NCBI GenBank assembly: GCA_902385225.1
Contig: CABMEU010000004.1
Span: forward strand, 20,662 to 84,661
DNA: 64,000 nt
Reading direction: 5' to 3'
DNA from: an uncultured archaeon
GTDB lineage: Archaea > Iainarchaeota > Iainarchaeia > Iainarchaeales > JAAZKV01
This document shows positions 33,744-42,431 of this stretch, piece by piece. Below the pieces are notes generated by a model. The model did no database searches and had not been told where the DNA came from. It saw only the letters and a list, made by a program, of their open reading frames with translations. The position numbers and the translations under genes are program-made. Numbering within the stretch: the first letter of the stretch is position 1; each line of letters starts with the position of its first letter.

Positions 33744-34214
33744 ATGGCTGAACAGAACACACAAACAACTGTTTCGGAAACACAGCTAATCCAAATGGCA
33801 AGACAAGAAGACTCAATACTCACCAAAAAACGCGAAATGCTTGAAAGATTAAGCGGGTTCTTAGCCGAACTAATAACCGCAAAAGACACTCTAAAAGAAA
33901 TACGGACAAATAAAGGAAAAGTATTCATTGGAATAGGCGCGACAATAATGGTTGAGGCGCAGGTAACTGACACTGAAAACTGCAAGAGAGGATTCTCTGA
34001 AAACGGATTTAAAGATGAAAAAATAAGTGAGACAATTGAGTGGCTTGAGAATAAAGAAAACTCGCTAAAAAAACAAATTGAAGCCCTTTCGAAAGAGTAC
34101 TCGGAAAGCGAAGGAAGAATGGTTCAAATAAACGGAATATTAAAGCAAATCCAAGGGGAAAAAAGAAAAATGGTTGAGAACTCAAAAAGAGCGCCCCCTA
34201 CAATATCAAAATAA
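33744..34214 (+). CDS. pfdA: Prefoldin alpha subunit
   Basis: 156-aa coiled-coil / beta-hairpin / coiled-coil layout. It sits in the conserved LX-pfdA-ftsY position. GGTGA RBS upstream. Confidence 0.65.
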   Translation: MAEQNTQTTVSETQLIQMARQEDSILTKKREMLERLSGFLAELITAKDTLKEIRTNKGKVFIGIGATIMVEAQVTDTENCKRGFSENGFKDEKISETIEWLENKENSLKKQIEALSKEYSESEGRMVQINGILKQIQGEKRKMVENSKRAPPTISK

Positions 34215-34261
34215 TTTTTCGCACTAGTGCTTTTTACTTATTAGCCAAGGTGAAATGAAAA

Positions 34262-35950
34262 ATGTTCGGCTTCCTAAAGCAAAAAATCTCTGATTTTGGA
34301 AACAAACTCAAAAAAACCGTTGAGACTGAGGAAAATAAACAACCAAAAGAGAAGCCTGCGGCAAAAACTGAGGAGAAAATTGCGAAGAAAGAAACCGAAC
34401 ACAAAAAAGAAGAGATAAAAGCTGAAGAAACAAAGCAGGTTGAGGAAAAAAAACCCGAGCCAAAGAAAGAAACTCCTTCTGAAGAAAAAAAAGAACACAA
34501 ACCCGAAGAAAAAACTGCTGAAAAAAAAGAAGAAAAGAAAACAGGGTTATTTGGAAAACTATTCGGCGGGAAAAAAACCGAGGAGAAAAAAGCGGAGCAC
34601 AAAAAGGAAGAAAGGCACAAGGCAGGCGAGGAAAAAAAGAAAAAAACCAAGGAAGAACTCGCGGAGGAAATGGAAAAGAAAATGTTCGCCCAAATTGAGG
34701 AGGAAATGAAAAAAGAGGGCATTGAACCTGCAAAGGAAGAAATTGTTGAAGAAGCGGAAGAAGAGATTGAGGAAGAAAAAAAAGAAATTCCTGTGAAGAA
34801 AGATGAATTGCACGCTGAGAAAATCCAGAAAGATGTTGATGAAAAGAAAGAGATTGAAAAAAAACGCGAAGAGAAAACAACTCTTGAAAAAGCGGTTCAT
34901 GTTGAAGAAAAGTTTGAGAAGAAACAAGTGCTTGATGAAATAGAAGAGGAACTTGCTGAAAAGGATGAAGAGGTTAAGGAAATAAAAGCGCAAATGGAGC
35001 CTGAAGTAATACGCGAAAAGAGCAGGGAAATTGAAATTAAAACACTTGAAGAGGACAAACGCGAACTAAAAGCAAAAGTCGGGGTGACGGGCGGACTTAA
35101 GGGATTCTTATTTGGCGGAATTGAAATCACAGAAAAACAAATAGAAGACCTCCTCTTTGAACTTGAACTAAGCTTAATCGAAGGAGATGTGGAGCAGGAT
35201 GCCGCAAGCGAGCTTGTAAAACAAATAAAGAAAAGATTAATCGGAACAAAAGTCTCCTCAAAAGGACTTGACGAATATTTGAAGGAACAAATAAAGGAAA
35301 TACTATCCGAAATGATGCAAACCAAAAAAATTAATCTGCTTGAGGAAATGAAGGGAAAAAAACCGTTCAAAATACTGATGCTTGGACCAAATGGCGCCGG
35401 AAAAACCACTTCAATCGCGAAACTAGTGCACTACTTCAAAAAGCACGGGAAGAGCAGCATTGTTGCTGCCGCGGATACATTCAGAGCGGGAGCAATTGAC
35501 CAATTAGAAGAACACGCAAAAAGACTTGGTGTTAGGGTAATTAAACAGCAATACGGCGCAGACCCTGCTGCTGTTGCGTTTGATGCAATCAAAGCTGCCG
35601 AAGCCGCAAAAATTGATGTTGTGATAATTGATTCTGCCGGAAGACAAGAAACAAACAAAAATCTCATGGAAGAACTGCGCAAAATTGAAAGAGTTGCAAA
35701 ACCTGATATGAAAATATATGTAGGAGAAGCATACGTTGGACAAACACTCCTTGAACAAGTAAAGGAATTTGAGGAAATTGTCGGGCTTGATGGATTCATA
35801 CTCACAAAAATTGACACTGATGCGAAAGGCGGAACGGCGATTTCACTACTTTACAAATTAAAGAAACCAATCATCTTTGTCGGAACAGGACAAGGGTATG
35901 ATGACTTTAAGGAATTCACGCCGGAATTTATACTGGAAAGGATAATTTAA
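34262..35950 (+). CDS. ftsY: Signal recognition particle receptor FtsY with a long K/E-rich N-terminal domain
   Basis: It starts MFGFLKQKI and has about 290 aa of KE-rich sequence. The NG domain shows MLGPNGAGKTTSIAKL, DTFRAGAIDQL, IDSAGRQ, TKIDTDAKGG and GTGQGYDD. Confidence 0.92.
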   Translation: MFGFLKQKISDFGNKLKKTVETEENKQPKEKPAAKTEEKIAKKETEHKKEEIKAEETKQVEEKKPEPKKETPSEEKKEHKPEEKTAEKKEEKKTGLFGKLFGGKKTEEKKAEHKKEERHKAGEEKKKKTKEELAEEMEKKMFAQIEEEMKKEGIEPAKEEIVEEAEEEIEEEKKEIPVKKDELHAEKIQKDVDEKKEIEKKREEKTTLEKAVHVEEKFEKKQVLDEIEEELAEKDEEVKEIKAQMEPEVIREKSREIEIKTLEEDKRELKAKVGVTGGLKGFLFGGIEITEKQIEDLLFELELSLIEGDVEQDAASELVKQIKKRLIGTKVSSKGLDEYLKEQIKEILSEMMQTKKINLLEEMKGKKPFKILMLGPNGAGKTTSIAKLVHYFKKHGKSSIVAAADTFRAGAIDQLEEHAKRLGVRVIKQQYGADPAAVAFDAIKAAEAAKIDVVIIDSAGRQETNKNLMEELRKIERVAKPDMKIYVGEAYVGQTLLEQVKEFEEIVGLDGFILTKIDTDAKGGTAISLLYKLKKPIIFVGTGQGYDDFKEFTPEFILERII

Positions 35951-35960
35951 GTGAAAACGA

Positions 35961-36440
35961 ATGATACAAAGAAGCCCAAAAACAAAAGTGCGAAGGCAAA
36001 TGCTATTTAAGCTAATGAAATTAAACAAGTCACATCCAAGCACTTCACTTGGAAATGTCTCTGTTGAAGCACGAAAAATGCTGCTAGTTGAATTCGCGGA
36101 AAAAATTGTGCCGGACAAAGAAATACTCAAAATTGTTTGCAATACACAATTAACCCTTGAGAATCAAAATGCCCAAATAGTTGACCTTCTAATCAAACAA
36201 CGAAAAATGGGAAAAGAAAAAGCGATTAGGCTACTGCAAGAACTGCTTGTAGAACGCGACGAATCTATATTAAAACTAATGAAACCGGAAAATTTTAGAA
36301 AATTATTGAAACGAATGGGAGCAAATACGCCTGAAAAGATTAAATTGTATGAAAGAGCAGTACTTCACCAAATTGGGACTATAGAAAATGTACTACTAAA
36401 ACCGCTCTCTAAAGCACAATACACGCTTCAAAAAAGTTAA
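35961..36440 (+). CDS. Hypothetical helical protein (159 aa)
   Basis: Non-overlapping ORF immediately after ftsY. No motif. Confidence 0.4.
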   Translation: MIQRSPKTKVRRQMLFKLMKLNKSHPSTSLGNVSVEARKMLLVEFAEKIVPDKEILKIVCNTQLTLENQNAQIVDLLIKQRKMGKEKAIRLLQELLVERDESILKLMKPENFRKLLKRMGANTPEKIKLYERAVLHQIGTIENVLLKPLSKAQYTLQKS

Positions 36441-37355
36441 TTACTTCATCCCTTTAAGCGCGGCAATTCTTTGTTCAATTGGAGGATGAGTTTGGAACAA
36501 TCCTTTGAGCCACATACCTTTTGTGTTCTTCAAAGGGTCAGAAATATATAAGTGCGCGGTTGCTTTATTTGCGGCTTCGAGCGGCTCTTTGTCTTTTGAA
36601 ATTTTCTCAAGCGCAGAGGCAAGACCCAGCGGGTTTCTAGTAATTTCAGCGCTTCCGGCATCAGCCGCGAACTCTCTTTTTCTTGAAATTGAGAATTGAA
36701 TTATCTGCGCAATAATTGGGGTGAGAATTGCAAGAATAATCCCAACCACTAGAATTATTATGAAAAGCTGGCCATTCTTCGAATCTGAATCCCCTTTAGA
36801 GAAAAGGGCAAAGCGGAGCAAGAAATCAGACATTAAAACCGCAATACCGACAAGAACTGTTGCGATTGTCATTGTGCGAACATCATAATTTCTTATGTGA
36901 GAAAGTTCATGGGCTATTACTCCCTGAAGCTCTTCTCTGTTAAGAAATTGCAATGCGCCGGTTGTAACACAAATAACACTGTGATTTGGGTCCCTTCCGG
37001 TAGCAAAAGCATTAATCGCGGTGTCATTAATCACAAACAATCTTGGTTTTGGAAGACCGCTTGCGAGGCACAATTCCTCGACAATATTATTCAGCTGCTT
37101 AAATTTCTCCGGGGGTGCTTCCTTTGCCCCTGAAACCATCGTAACAATTGAATCACAAGTGTAATAGGAAATAATCGCGAAGAGAATTATTAAAATTCCA
37201 AAAATTGTGAGAAAAAATCCGCCCACTATTGAGAAACCGCCAAGAATGTAAGAAATTATTCCAGCAAGCACGCCAAGAAGAATAAAAAAGGCAATGAAGA
37301 GAAGCACAGTCATTTTCTTGTTGCTTGAAATCTGTGAATAAAAATCCATCGCCAT
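36441..37355 (-). CDS. htpX: HtpX-type M48 membrane zinc protease
   Basis: N-terminal TM segments, HELSHIRNYD (HExxH) and a downstream EFAADAGS. It sits downstream of lemA, which is the usual pair. Confidence 0.88.
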   Translation of the reverse strand: MAMDFYSQISSNKKMTVLLFIAFFILLGVLAGIISYILGGFSIVGGFFLTIFGILIILFAIISYYTCDSIVTMVSGAKEAPPEKFKQLNNIVEELCLASGLPKPRLFVINDTAINAFATGRDPNHSVICVTTGALQFLNREELQGVIAHELSHIRNYDVRTMTIATVLVGIAVLMSDFLLRFALFSKGDSDSKNGQLFIIILVVGIILAILTPIIAQIIQFSISRKREFAADAGSAEITRNPLGLASALEKISKDKEPLEAANKATAHLYISDPLKNTKGMWLKGLFQTHPPIEQRIAALKGMK

Positions 37356-37412
37356 TCTAGTTTCACCTTAAGAGATTTAAAAAAGAAAAAAACAAGGAAA
37401 GCACGAGTGCCT

Positions 37413-38003
37413 TCACTTGTTTATGCCTGAAAAATCAACCTTAACGGAAGCTCTTTCCCCTTCGGTTGCTTCAAAGAATTCTTTTTCTTTATTCATGCCA
37501 AACATTCCCGCAAAAACATTTCCCGGGAACGCAACAATCATAGTATTCCACTTCATTACCATGTCGTTATAGAACTGCCTAGCGAAAGCAACTTTGTTTT
37601 CGGTGCTTGAAAGCTCTTCCTGCAAAGCCTTAAAATTTTCATTTGCTTTAAGCGTAGGATAGGCTTCTGCAACAGCAAACAATGATTTTAGCGCGCCTGA
37701 AAGCATGTTCTCTGCTTTTGCTGATTCTTTTGGAGATTTTGCGGACATTATCGCGCTTCTTGCCTCTGTTACCCCTTCAAGAACACTTTTTTCAAACTTA
37801 GCATAACCCTTAACAGTCTCAACCAAATTTGGAATCAAATCGGCTCTCCTTTTTAATTGAACATCTATCTGCGCCCAGGCATTCTCAACCTGCTTTAGAG
37901 TAGTAACTAACGAATTGTAAATTACAATTGTTACTATTATGCCCAGAACTATTATCGCTCCGATAATTCCCAGAACTATTAATATAGGATCCAACAAAAT
38001 CAC
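37413..38003 (-). CDS. lemA: LemA family protein
   Basis: N-terminal TM segment, then YNSLV...VENAWAQIDVQLKRRADLIPNLVETVKGYAKFE...L..V..AR is the LemA signature. Confidence 0.88.
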   Translation of the reverse strand: MILLDPILIVLGIIGAIIVLGIIVTIVIYNSLVTTLKQVENAWAQIDVQLKRRADLIPNLVETVKGYAKFEKSVLEGVTEARSAIMSAKSPKESAKAENMLSGALKSLFAVAEAYPTLKANENFKALQEELSSTENKVAFARQFYNDMVMKWNTMIVAFPGNVFAGMFGMNKEKEFFEATEGERASVKVDFSGINK

Positions 38004-38061
38004 CTTACCTTATTTTGAATTAAAACCTTTAAAATGATATGCATAAGAAGTCTTTTTAGAG

Positions 38062-39426
38062 ATGACGCCAAAAATGGGACTTGGAGAAACACTAAGAAAA
38101 GCAATGGATAAGCTGCAAGGCGCAGCTGCTATTGATAAAGAGACTGTGAAAGAAACTGTGAAAGAAATACAAAGAGCGCTTATCTCATCAAACGTTGATA
38201 CTACCACTGTTTTTGCGTTATCCAAAAAAATTGAGGAAAATGCTTTTGGGGAAATTAAGGGAAAGCTCTCCCGAAGAGAATATGTTACAAAAGTCACTTA
38301 CGACGCATTAACTGAGCTACTCGGCGGAAAAAGCGCTCCAAAAGACCCTAAACGAATACTCTTATGCGGATTATTTGGTGCGGGAAAAACCACTGCCGCT
38401 GGAAAACTAGCACATTACTATAAAAAACGCGGAAAAAAGGTCGGGGTAATATGCGCGGATACCTTCCGTCCCGCGGCATATGAACAGCTTGAAACAAATA
38501 CTAAACTCGCGGGAGCGGAGTTCTTCGGAATAAAGGGAGAAGAGAACGCGGGAAAAGTTGTGCGCGAGGGAATGAAAAAATTAAAAGACTGCGACTTAAT
38601 AATCTGCGACTCCGCGGGAAGAAGCGCGCTTGATGATGAGCTTGTGAAAGAAATAAAGGAAATTGAGGATAATTTCCACGGGGACGAAAAACTGCTTGTA
38701 ATCGGAGCGGATATTGGAAACTTGGCGAAGAAACAAGCCCAAGCGTTCCACAAAGCGGTTGGAGTGAACGGAGTAATAATTACAAGAATGGACGGAAGCT
38801 CAAAAGGCGGGGGGGCTCTTGTTGCATGCAACGAAACCGGAGCGAGCGTTTACTTTATTTCAACAGGAGAAAAAATAAATGACTTTGAGGAATTTGATGC
38901 CAACAGGTATTTGAGCAGAATAATGGGATACGGGGACCTTCAGGGACTACTTGAAAGAGCAAAAGAAGCTGAAATGGAGAATATTGATCCTGAGGAATTA
39001 ATGAAAGGGAACTTCAATTTGAGAATGTTCTATGAGCAGCTCAAAGCAACAAAAAAAATGGGGCCATTAAATAAAGTCGCTGAAATGATGGGGCTCTCCG
39101 TGAAAATGCCAAAAGAAATGCTTGAAGCGGGACAGGAGAAAATGGACTCATTCAAAGTAATAATTGACTCGATGACGGAAAAAGAAAGAGTTGACCCGGA
39201 AGTATTGAACAGAGGAAGGGTAGAAAGAATTGCAAAGGGCGCTGGAGTAAAAGTTGAGGATGTTAGGGAATTAATTAAGCAATACAAGCAAATGAAAAAA
39301 ATGTTTAAGAAATTCAAGAACATACAAAGCGAAAAAGCGATGAAAAACTTTGGCGAAAAAGGGCTCGCTGACGCTTTAAGGCAAATGCAGGCAAAAAAAG
39401 CGGCTAAAAAACTAAGACTGAAATAA
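38062..39426 (+). CDS. srp54: Signal recognition particle protein SRP54
   Basis: GLFGAGKTTAAGKLA, DTFRPAAYEQL, CDSAGR, TRMDGSSKGGGAL, and a Met-rich M domain (MGPLNKVAEMMGL..KMPKEM). Confidence 0.93.
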   Translation: MTPKMGLGETLRKAMDKLQGAAAIDKETVKETVKEIQRALISSNVDTTTVFALSKKIEENAFGEIKGKLSRREYVTKVTYDALTELLGGKSAPKDPKRILLCGLFGAGKTTAAGKLAHYYKKRGKKVGVICADTFRPAAYEQLETNTKLAGAEFFGIKGEENAGKVVREGMKKLKDCDLIICDSAGRSALDDELVKEIKEIEDNFHGDEKLLVIGADIGNLAKKQAQAFHKAVGVNGVIITRMDGSSKGGGALVACNETGASVYFISTGEKINDFEEFDANRYLSRIMGYGDLQGLLERAKEAEMENIDPEELMKGNFNLRMFYEQLKATKKMGPLNKVAEMMGLSVKMPKEMLEAGQEKMDSFKVIIDSMTEKERVDPEVLNRGRVERIAKGAGVKVEDVRELIKQYKQMKKMFKKFKNIQSEKAMKNFGEKGLADALRQMQAKKAAKKLRLK

Positions 39427-39488
39427 TACCCCAGGCAGGGAACAACGCATTAGAAACAAATAAAACCCCTTGCGGAGAGAAGATAGTC

Positions 39489-40232
39489 ATGAAAAAAATT
39501 ATTATCCTCTTCGCGGCGCTTGCACTACTGCTCAGTATGGCGTATGCAGAGGGTTACTACGCCGATACGGTTTTTGATGTTGCAAGTGATGGAAGCGTCG
39601 CAATTAGCGGAGCAACAAATCATGCGGACCTTAATGCACAATTAACTGAAAAACTCACCGCAAAAAAAGACGGGATTTGGACAATAACAATAAATCCTAC
39701 GGGTGAATTCTCTGAATATGTTTATGAAATAATTCTCCCAGCCGGAGCGCAGCTAATTGATGTTAATACACCAAATGGAAGCAGAATTGATGCAGAGAGC
39801 GCCCGAATAAAAATAATCGGGACAGGGGAGCAGACAACATACTTTGTAAGCGCAAGATATATTACACGCGCACAACCAAAAGAAGAGAACTTAATGTTTG
39901 TGCTTATTGGACTCATGCTTTTAGTAATAATCCTTATTGGAATATGGGGGGCGGGAGAACTTAGGAAAAGAAAAAAATGCGAAAGCGGGGCAACTAAAAT
40001 CACTCCCTCTGAGAAACCAAAATACAATAAAGAAGCGCTAACAGAAATTCAATTACAAATAGTAGAATATTTAGAAAACGGAAAAGGAAGTGCAACACAA
40101 GCGGAACTGCAAAAGAAATTTGAACTCCCAAAAGCATCTCTCTCACGAAACCTTGAGGGACTTGAGAGAAAAGGAATTATTGCAAAAGAAAGAAAAGGAA
40201 TGACAATGCTTGTGATGCTGAAGAAAAATTAA
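39489..40232 (+). CDS. Membrane-tethered winged-HTH protein: signal peptide, extracellular domain, one TM segment, cytoplasmic MarR/ArsR-like wHTH
   Basis: The N-terminal signal is MKKIIILFAALALLLSMAYA and the TM segment is LMFVLIGLMLLVIILIGIWGAG followed by RKRKK. The C-terminus reads LTEIQLQIVEYLENGKGSATQAELQKKFELPKASLSRNLEGLERKGIIAKERKG. Confidence 0.6.
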   Translation: MKKIIILFAALALLLSMAYAEGYYADTVFDVASDGSVAISGATNHADLNAQLTEKLTAKKDGIWTITINPTGEFSEYVYEIILPAGAQLIDVNTPNGSRIDAESARIKIIGTGEQTTYFVSARYITRAQPKEENLMFVLIGLMLLVIILIGIWGAGELRKRKKCESGATKITPSEKPKYNKEALTEIQLQIVEYLENGKGSATQAELQKKFELPKASLSRNLEGLERKGIIAKERKGMTMLVMLKKN

Positions 40233-40272
40233 TCTTGAACACTAATTCTTAAGAAAACAATACTTTTCCAAC

Positions 40273-40324
40273 CTGTTCCGGCTTGTTCCGCTACTTCTTG
40301 GGGAATTTATAATAGCTGTTCCGG
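40273..40324 (+). promoter_or_regulatory. Three direct copies of TGTTCCG(G/C) bracketing a TATA-like AATTTATAAT; candidate operator/promoter of the 40371 gene
   Basis: Copies are read directly at 40274..40281, 40284..40291 (10-bp spacing) and 40317..40324, with the TATA-like element at 40304..40313. A related GGGAACA (reverse complement TGTTCCC) lies at 39438..39444, upstream of the wHTH gene itself. Confidence 0.45.
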
Positions 40325-40370
40325 TTGCAATTACTGCATGAAAGCGAGTAAATCGCTTGGAGGAGATATT

Positions 40371-41312
40371 ATGAAAAATAAAATTTGGGTAATCGCACTG
40401 CTGTTTGTAGCGCTACTAGCAATACCAATGGTGGCATTTGCTGAAAACGCCGACACAAATACAATAAGCGATGATACAATAAACGAAATGAGAATAATGG
40501 GTGACCCGCTCGGGGCGCATGTAAGGCTGCTGCAGCTCGAAAAAAGTCTTACAAGAAATGTACTAAGCGGACAGGCGGTTCTTGATGTAATAGCAAAGAA
40601 TCACCCTGACACAAACACAGTGTCAGCAGGGGCAACTCTTGATTCACTTGAGATGCTTACTGGTGAACTAAAAACAATAATTGAGAACGCTGATACAAAC
40701 ACAAGCGTGCAAAAGTTCGTTGAAATCAAAAAAGAAGGAATAACACTGACACAACAGTTTAGGGAACAAACAAGGGATATACTAACTGCAACTGATAAAC
40801 AGGAGATAAGGGATAAGGTTGCAGAAATTGACAAAAACGAGCTAAAAACAATCAGCGACCAGACAGAGCATGTAAAAAACCAGTTCAATGCCGATAAAGT
40901 AGAAGCATTGCTCAAACTAATGAATGTAAGTAACCCTGAACTAATACAAAGAATCACAGACGGGAACGCTACAAAGCAGGAAGTTGAGGATGCGGTGACA
41001 GCAGCATACAACGCTCTAACTCCGGAACAAAAAACAACTGTTGATTCTCTAATAAAAGAGAATTCAATAAAGAGAACAATTTCTGAAAAAGAAGCAATTA
41101 AAAAAGGCGGAGAGGGGCTGGGAAACAGAATGCTTCAAAGAGCGCAAAACCAAATACAAAAGCTCAGCGACTGGTACCAGCAGAGAGCAATAGACGCTAA
41201 TGCAAACGGACACCCGCAGAGAGAGCAAAGAATGCAGGAATTGTCTGACAAACTCGGTCAAATAAGCGACCGGTTGGACAACAACCTTAGAAATCACAGA
41301 GGAGGGAGGTGA
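40371..41312 (+). CDS. Secreted helical/coiled-coil protein, hypothetical
   Basis: GGAGGAG lies 5 nt upstream of the ATG at 40371. The signal peptide is MKNKIWVIALLFVALLAIPMVAFA and the mature part is Q/E/N/T-rich and helical. The track ORF begins at 40338. Confidence 0.5.
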   Translation: MKNKIWVIALLFVALLAIPMVAFAENADTNTISDDTINEMRIMGDPLGAHVRLLQLEKSLTRNVLSGQAVLDVIAKNHPDTNTVSAGATLDSLEMLTGELKTIIENADTNTSVQKFVEIKKEGITLTQQFREQTRDILTATDKQEIRDKVAEIDKNELKTISDQTEHVKNQFNADKVEALLKLMNVSNPELIQRITDGNATKQEVEDAVTAAYNALTPEQKTTVDSLIKENSIKRTISEKEAIKKGGEGLGNRMLQRAQNQIQKLSDWYQQRAIDANANGHPQREQRMQELSDKLGQISDRLDNNLRNHRGGR

Positions 41313-41317
41313 AGAGT

Positions 41318-41548
41318 ATGAATAAAAAATTATTTGGAATAGCGGCAGTAATTCTTGCGGCACTCTTCATCTTCGGGTGCACACAAAACACCCAAAGCGG
41401 GGCAGACCAAGTGAAGGCTGAAATAAACTCCACTTGGGTGGAGGATAGCGTAAACTCCGGAACCACTGTTGATACATCATCAACAACTGCAGGCCCTACA
41501 AGCACATGGGTTGACAGCGGGGAAGTTACAATAGGGAGCATGATATAA
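41318..41548 (+). CDS. Small putative lipoprotein (76 aa)
   Basis: GGAGGGAGGTGA lies upstream of the ATG at 41318. The signal plus lipobox-like sequence is MNKKLFGIAAVILAALFIFGCTQ, followed by a T/S-rich mature part. Confidence 0.5.
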   Translation: MNKKLFGIAAVILAALFIFGCTQNTQSGADQVKAEINSTWVEDSVNSGTTVDTSSTTAGPTSTWVDSGEVTIGSMI

Positions 41549-41557
41549 ACTAATTTT

Positions 41558-41580
41558 GGGGCTAAACGCCCCATCTTTTT
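41558..41580 (+). terminator. GC hairpin GGGGC-taaac-GCCCC followed by a T-run
   Basis: Read directly, 10 nt after the stop of the 41318..41548 gene: GGGGCTAAACGCCCCATCTTTTTTTTC. Confidence 0.5.
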
Positions 41581-41624
41581 TTCTTTAAGGCAAATTATAT
41601 AAGCACAAAAAACCTAACTTCTAA

Positions 41625-42428
41625 ATGCTTGTACTAATTCAAGAGGCAATACTTTTAGCAGGGGCAGCACTTGGCGCAATCACTGATGCACGCACTGGCT
41701 ACATTTATGATTGGATAACATACCCTATGATTATTCTTGGAATAATACTTTCTATATTACAGCAGCAATGGATAAATTTGGGGCTGGGGGCGGTAATATT
41801 TGCCGTGCTGTTTGTTGCTTATTACTTTGGAAAACTCGGGGGAGGGGATGTAAAATTATTCGCGGCAATCGCGTTCCTTAACCCGCAAAATGATGTTGGA
41901 TTCTTACTCACAACTGTATTTGTTGCCGCAATGAGCGCAATGGTATTCTATCCTGTTTATTACTCAATAAAATACGCACGAAAAGGATTTAGTTATGAGG
42001 AAAACAAAGAAGGAATACAAAAAGCGCTCCTCTTTGGGGCAATAATTGTCGCATACTTTTACTTCCTCACGGTGTTTGGGATGATGGGACTCGCAAGCAT
42101 TGAAATAATTATTGTTCCATTATTATTTGGATTACTATTCATTGCGCTGCAAAAAGGAATCACAAGTAATTTCTTTGAGAAAAGAATAACTCTAAAGAGC
42201 ATAACTGAAGAGGAAGTAGTGGCGGAAGGAAAAAATACTAAAAAAATAATGGATTTACTCAAAGGGAAAAAGCTTATAGGGGAAAAAGAGGTAAAGTTAC
42301 TAGCAAAAAACGGGGTAAATGCAATATATGTGCTAAGGGGGCTGCCGCCATTTGGGCCGTTCATACTCCTTGGAGTACTAGTTGCGATATTTTATCCTGA
42401 TTTTGTGATGATGTTATTTTGGGTGTAA
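41625..42428 (+). CDS. Type IV prepilin/preflagellin peptidase (A24 family aspartic protease)
   Basis: The protein is polytopic. The first catalytic Asp context is AITDARTGYIYDW and the second is the family hallmark GGGDVKLFAAIA. Confidence 0.8.
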   Translation: MLVLIQEAILLAGAALGAITDARTGYIYDWITYPMIILGIILSILQQQWINLGLGAVIFAVLFVAYYFGKLGGGDVKLFAAIAFLNPQNDVGFLLTTVFVAAMSAMVFYPVYYSIKYARKGFSYEENKEGIQKALLFGAIIVAYFYFLTVFGMMGLASIEIIIVPLLFGLLFIALQKGITSNFFEKRITLKSITEEEVVAEGKNTKKIMDLLKGKKLIGEKEVKLLAKNGVNAIYVLRGLPPFGPFILLGVLVAIFYPDFVMMLFWV

Positions 42429-42431
42429 AAA

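Noticed and set aside
34234-34993. A stack of alternate-frame and antisense ORFs with repeat-like appearance at the 5' end of ftsY; also considered as a CRISPR or tandem-repeat array
   Set aside because: The repetition is low-complexity AAA/GAA/AAG codon usage with no fixed repeat-spacer periodicity. The plus-frame product runs seamlessly into a canonical FtsY NG domain.
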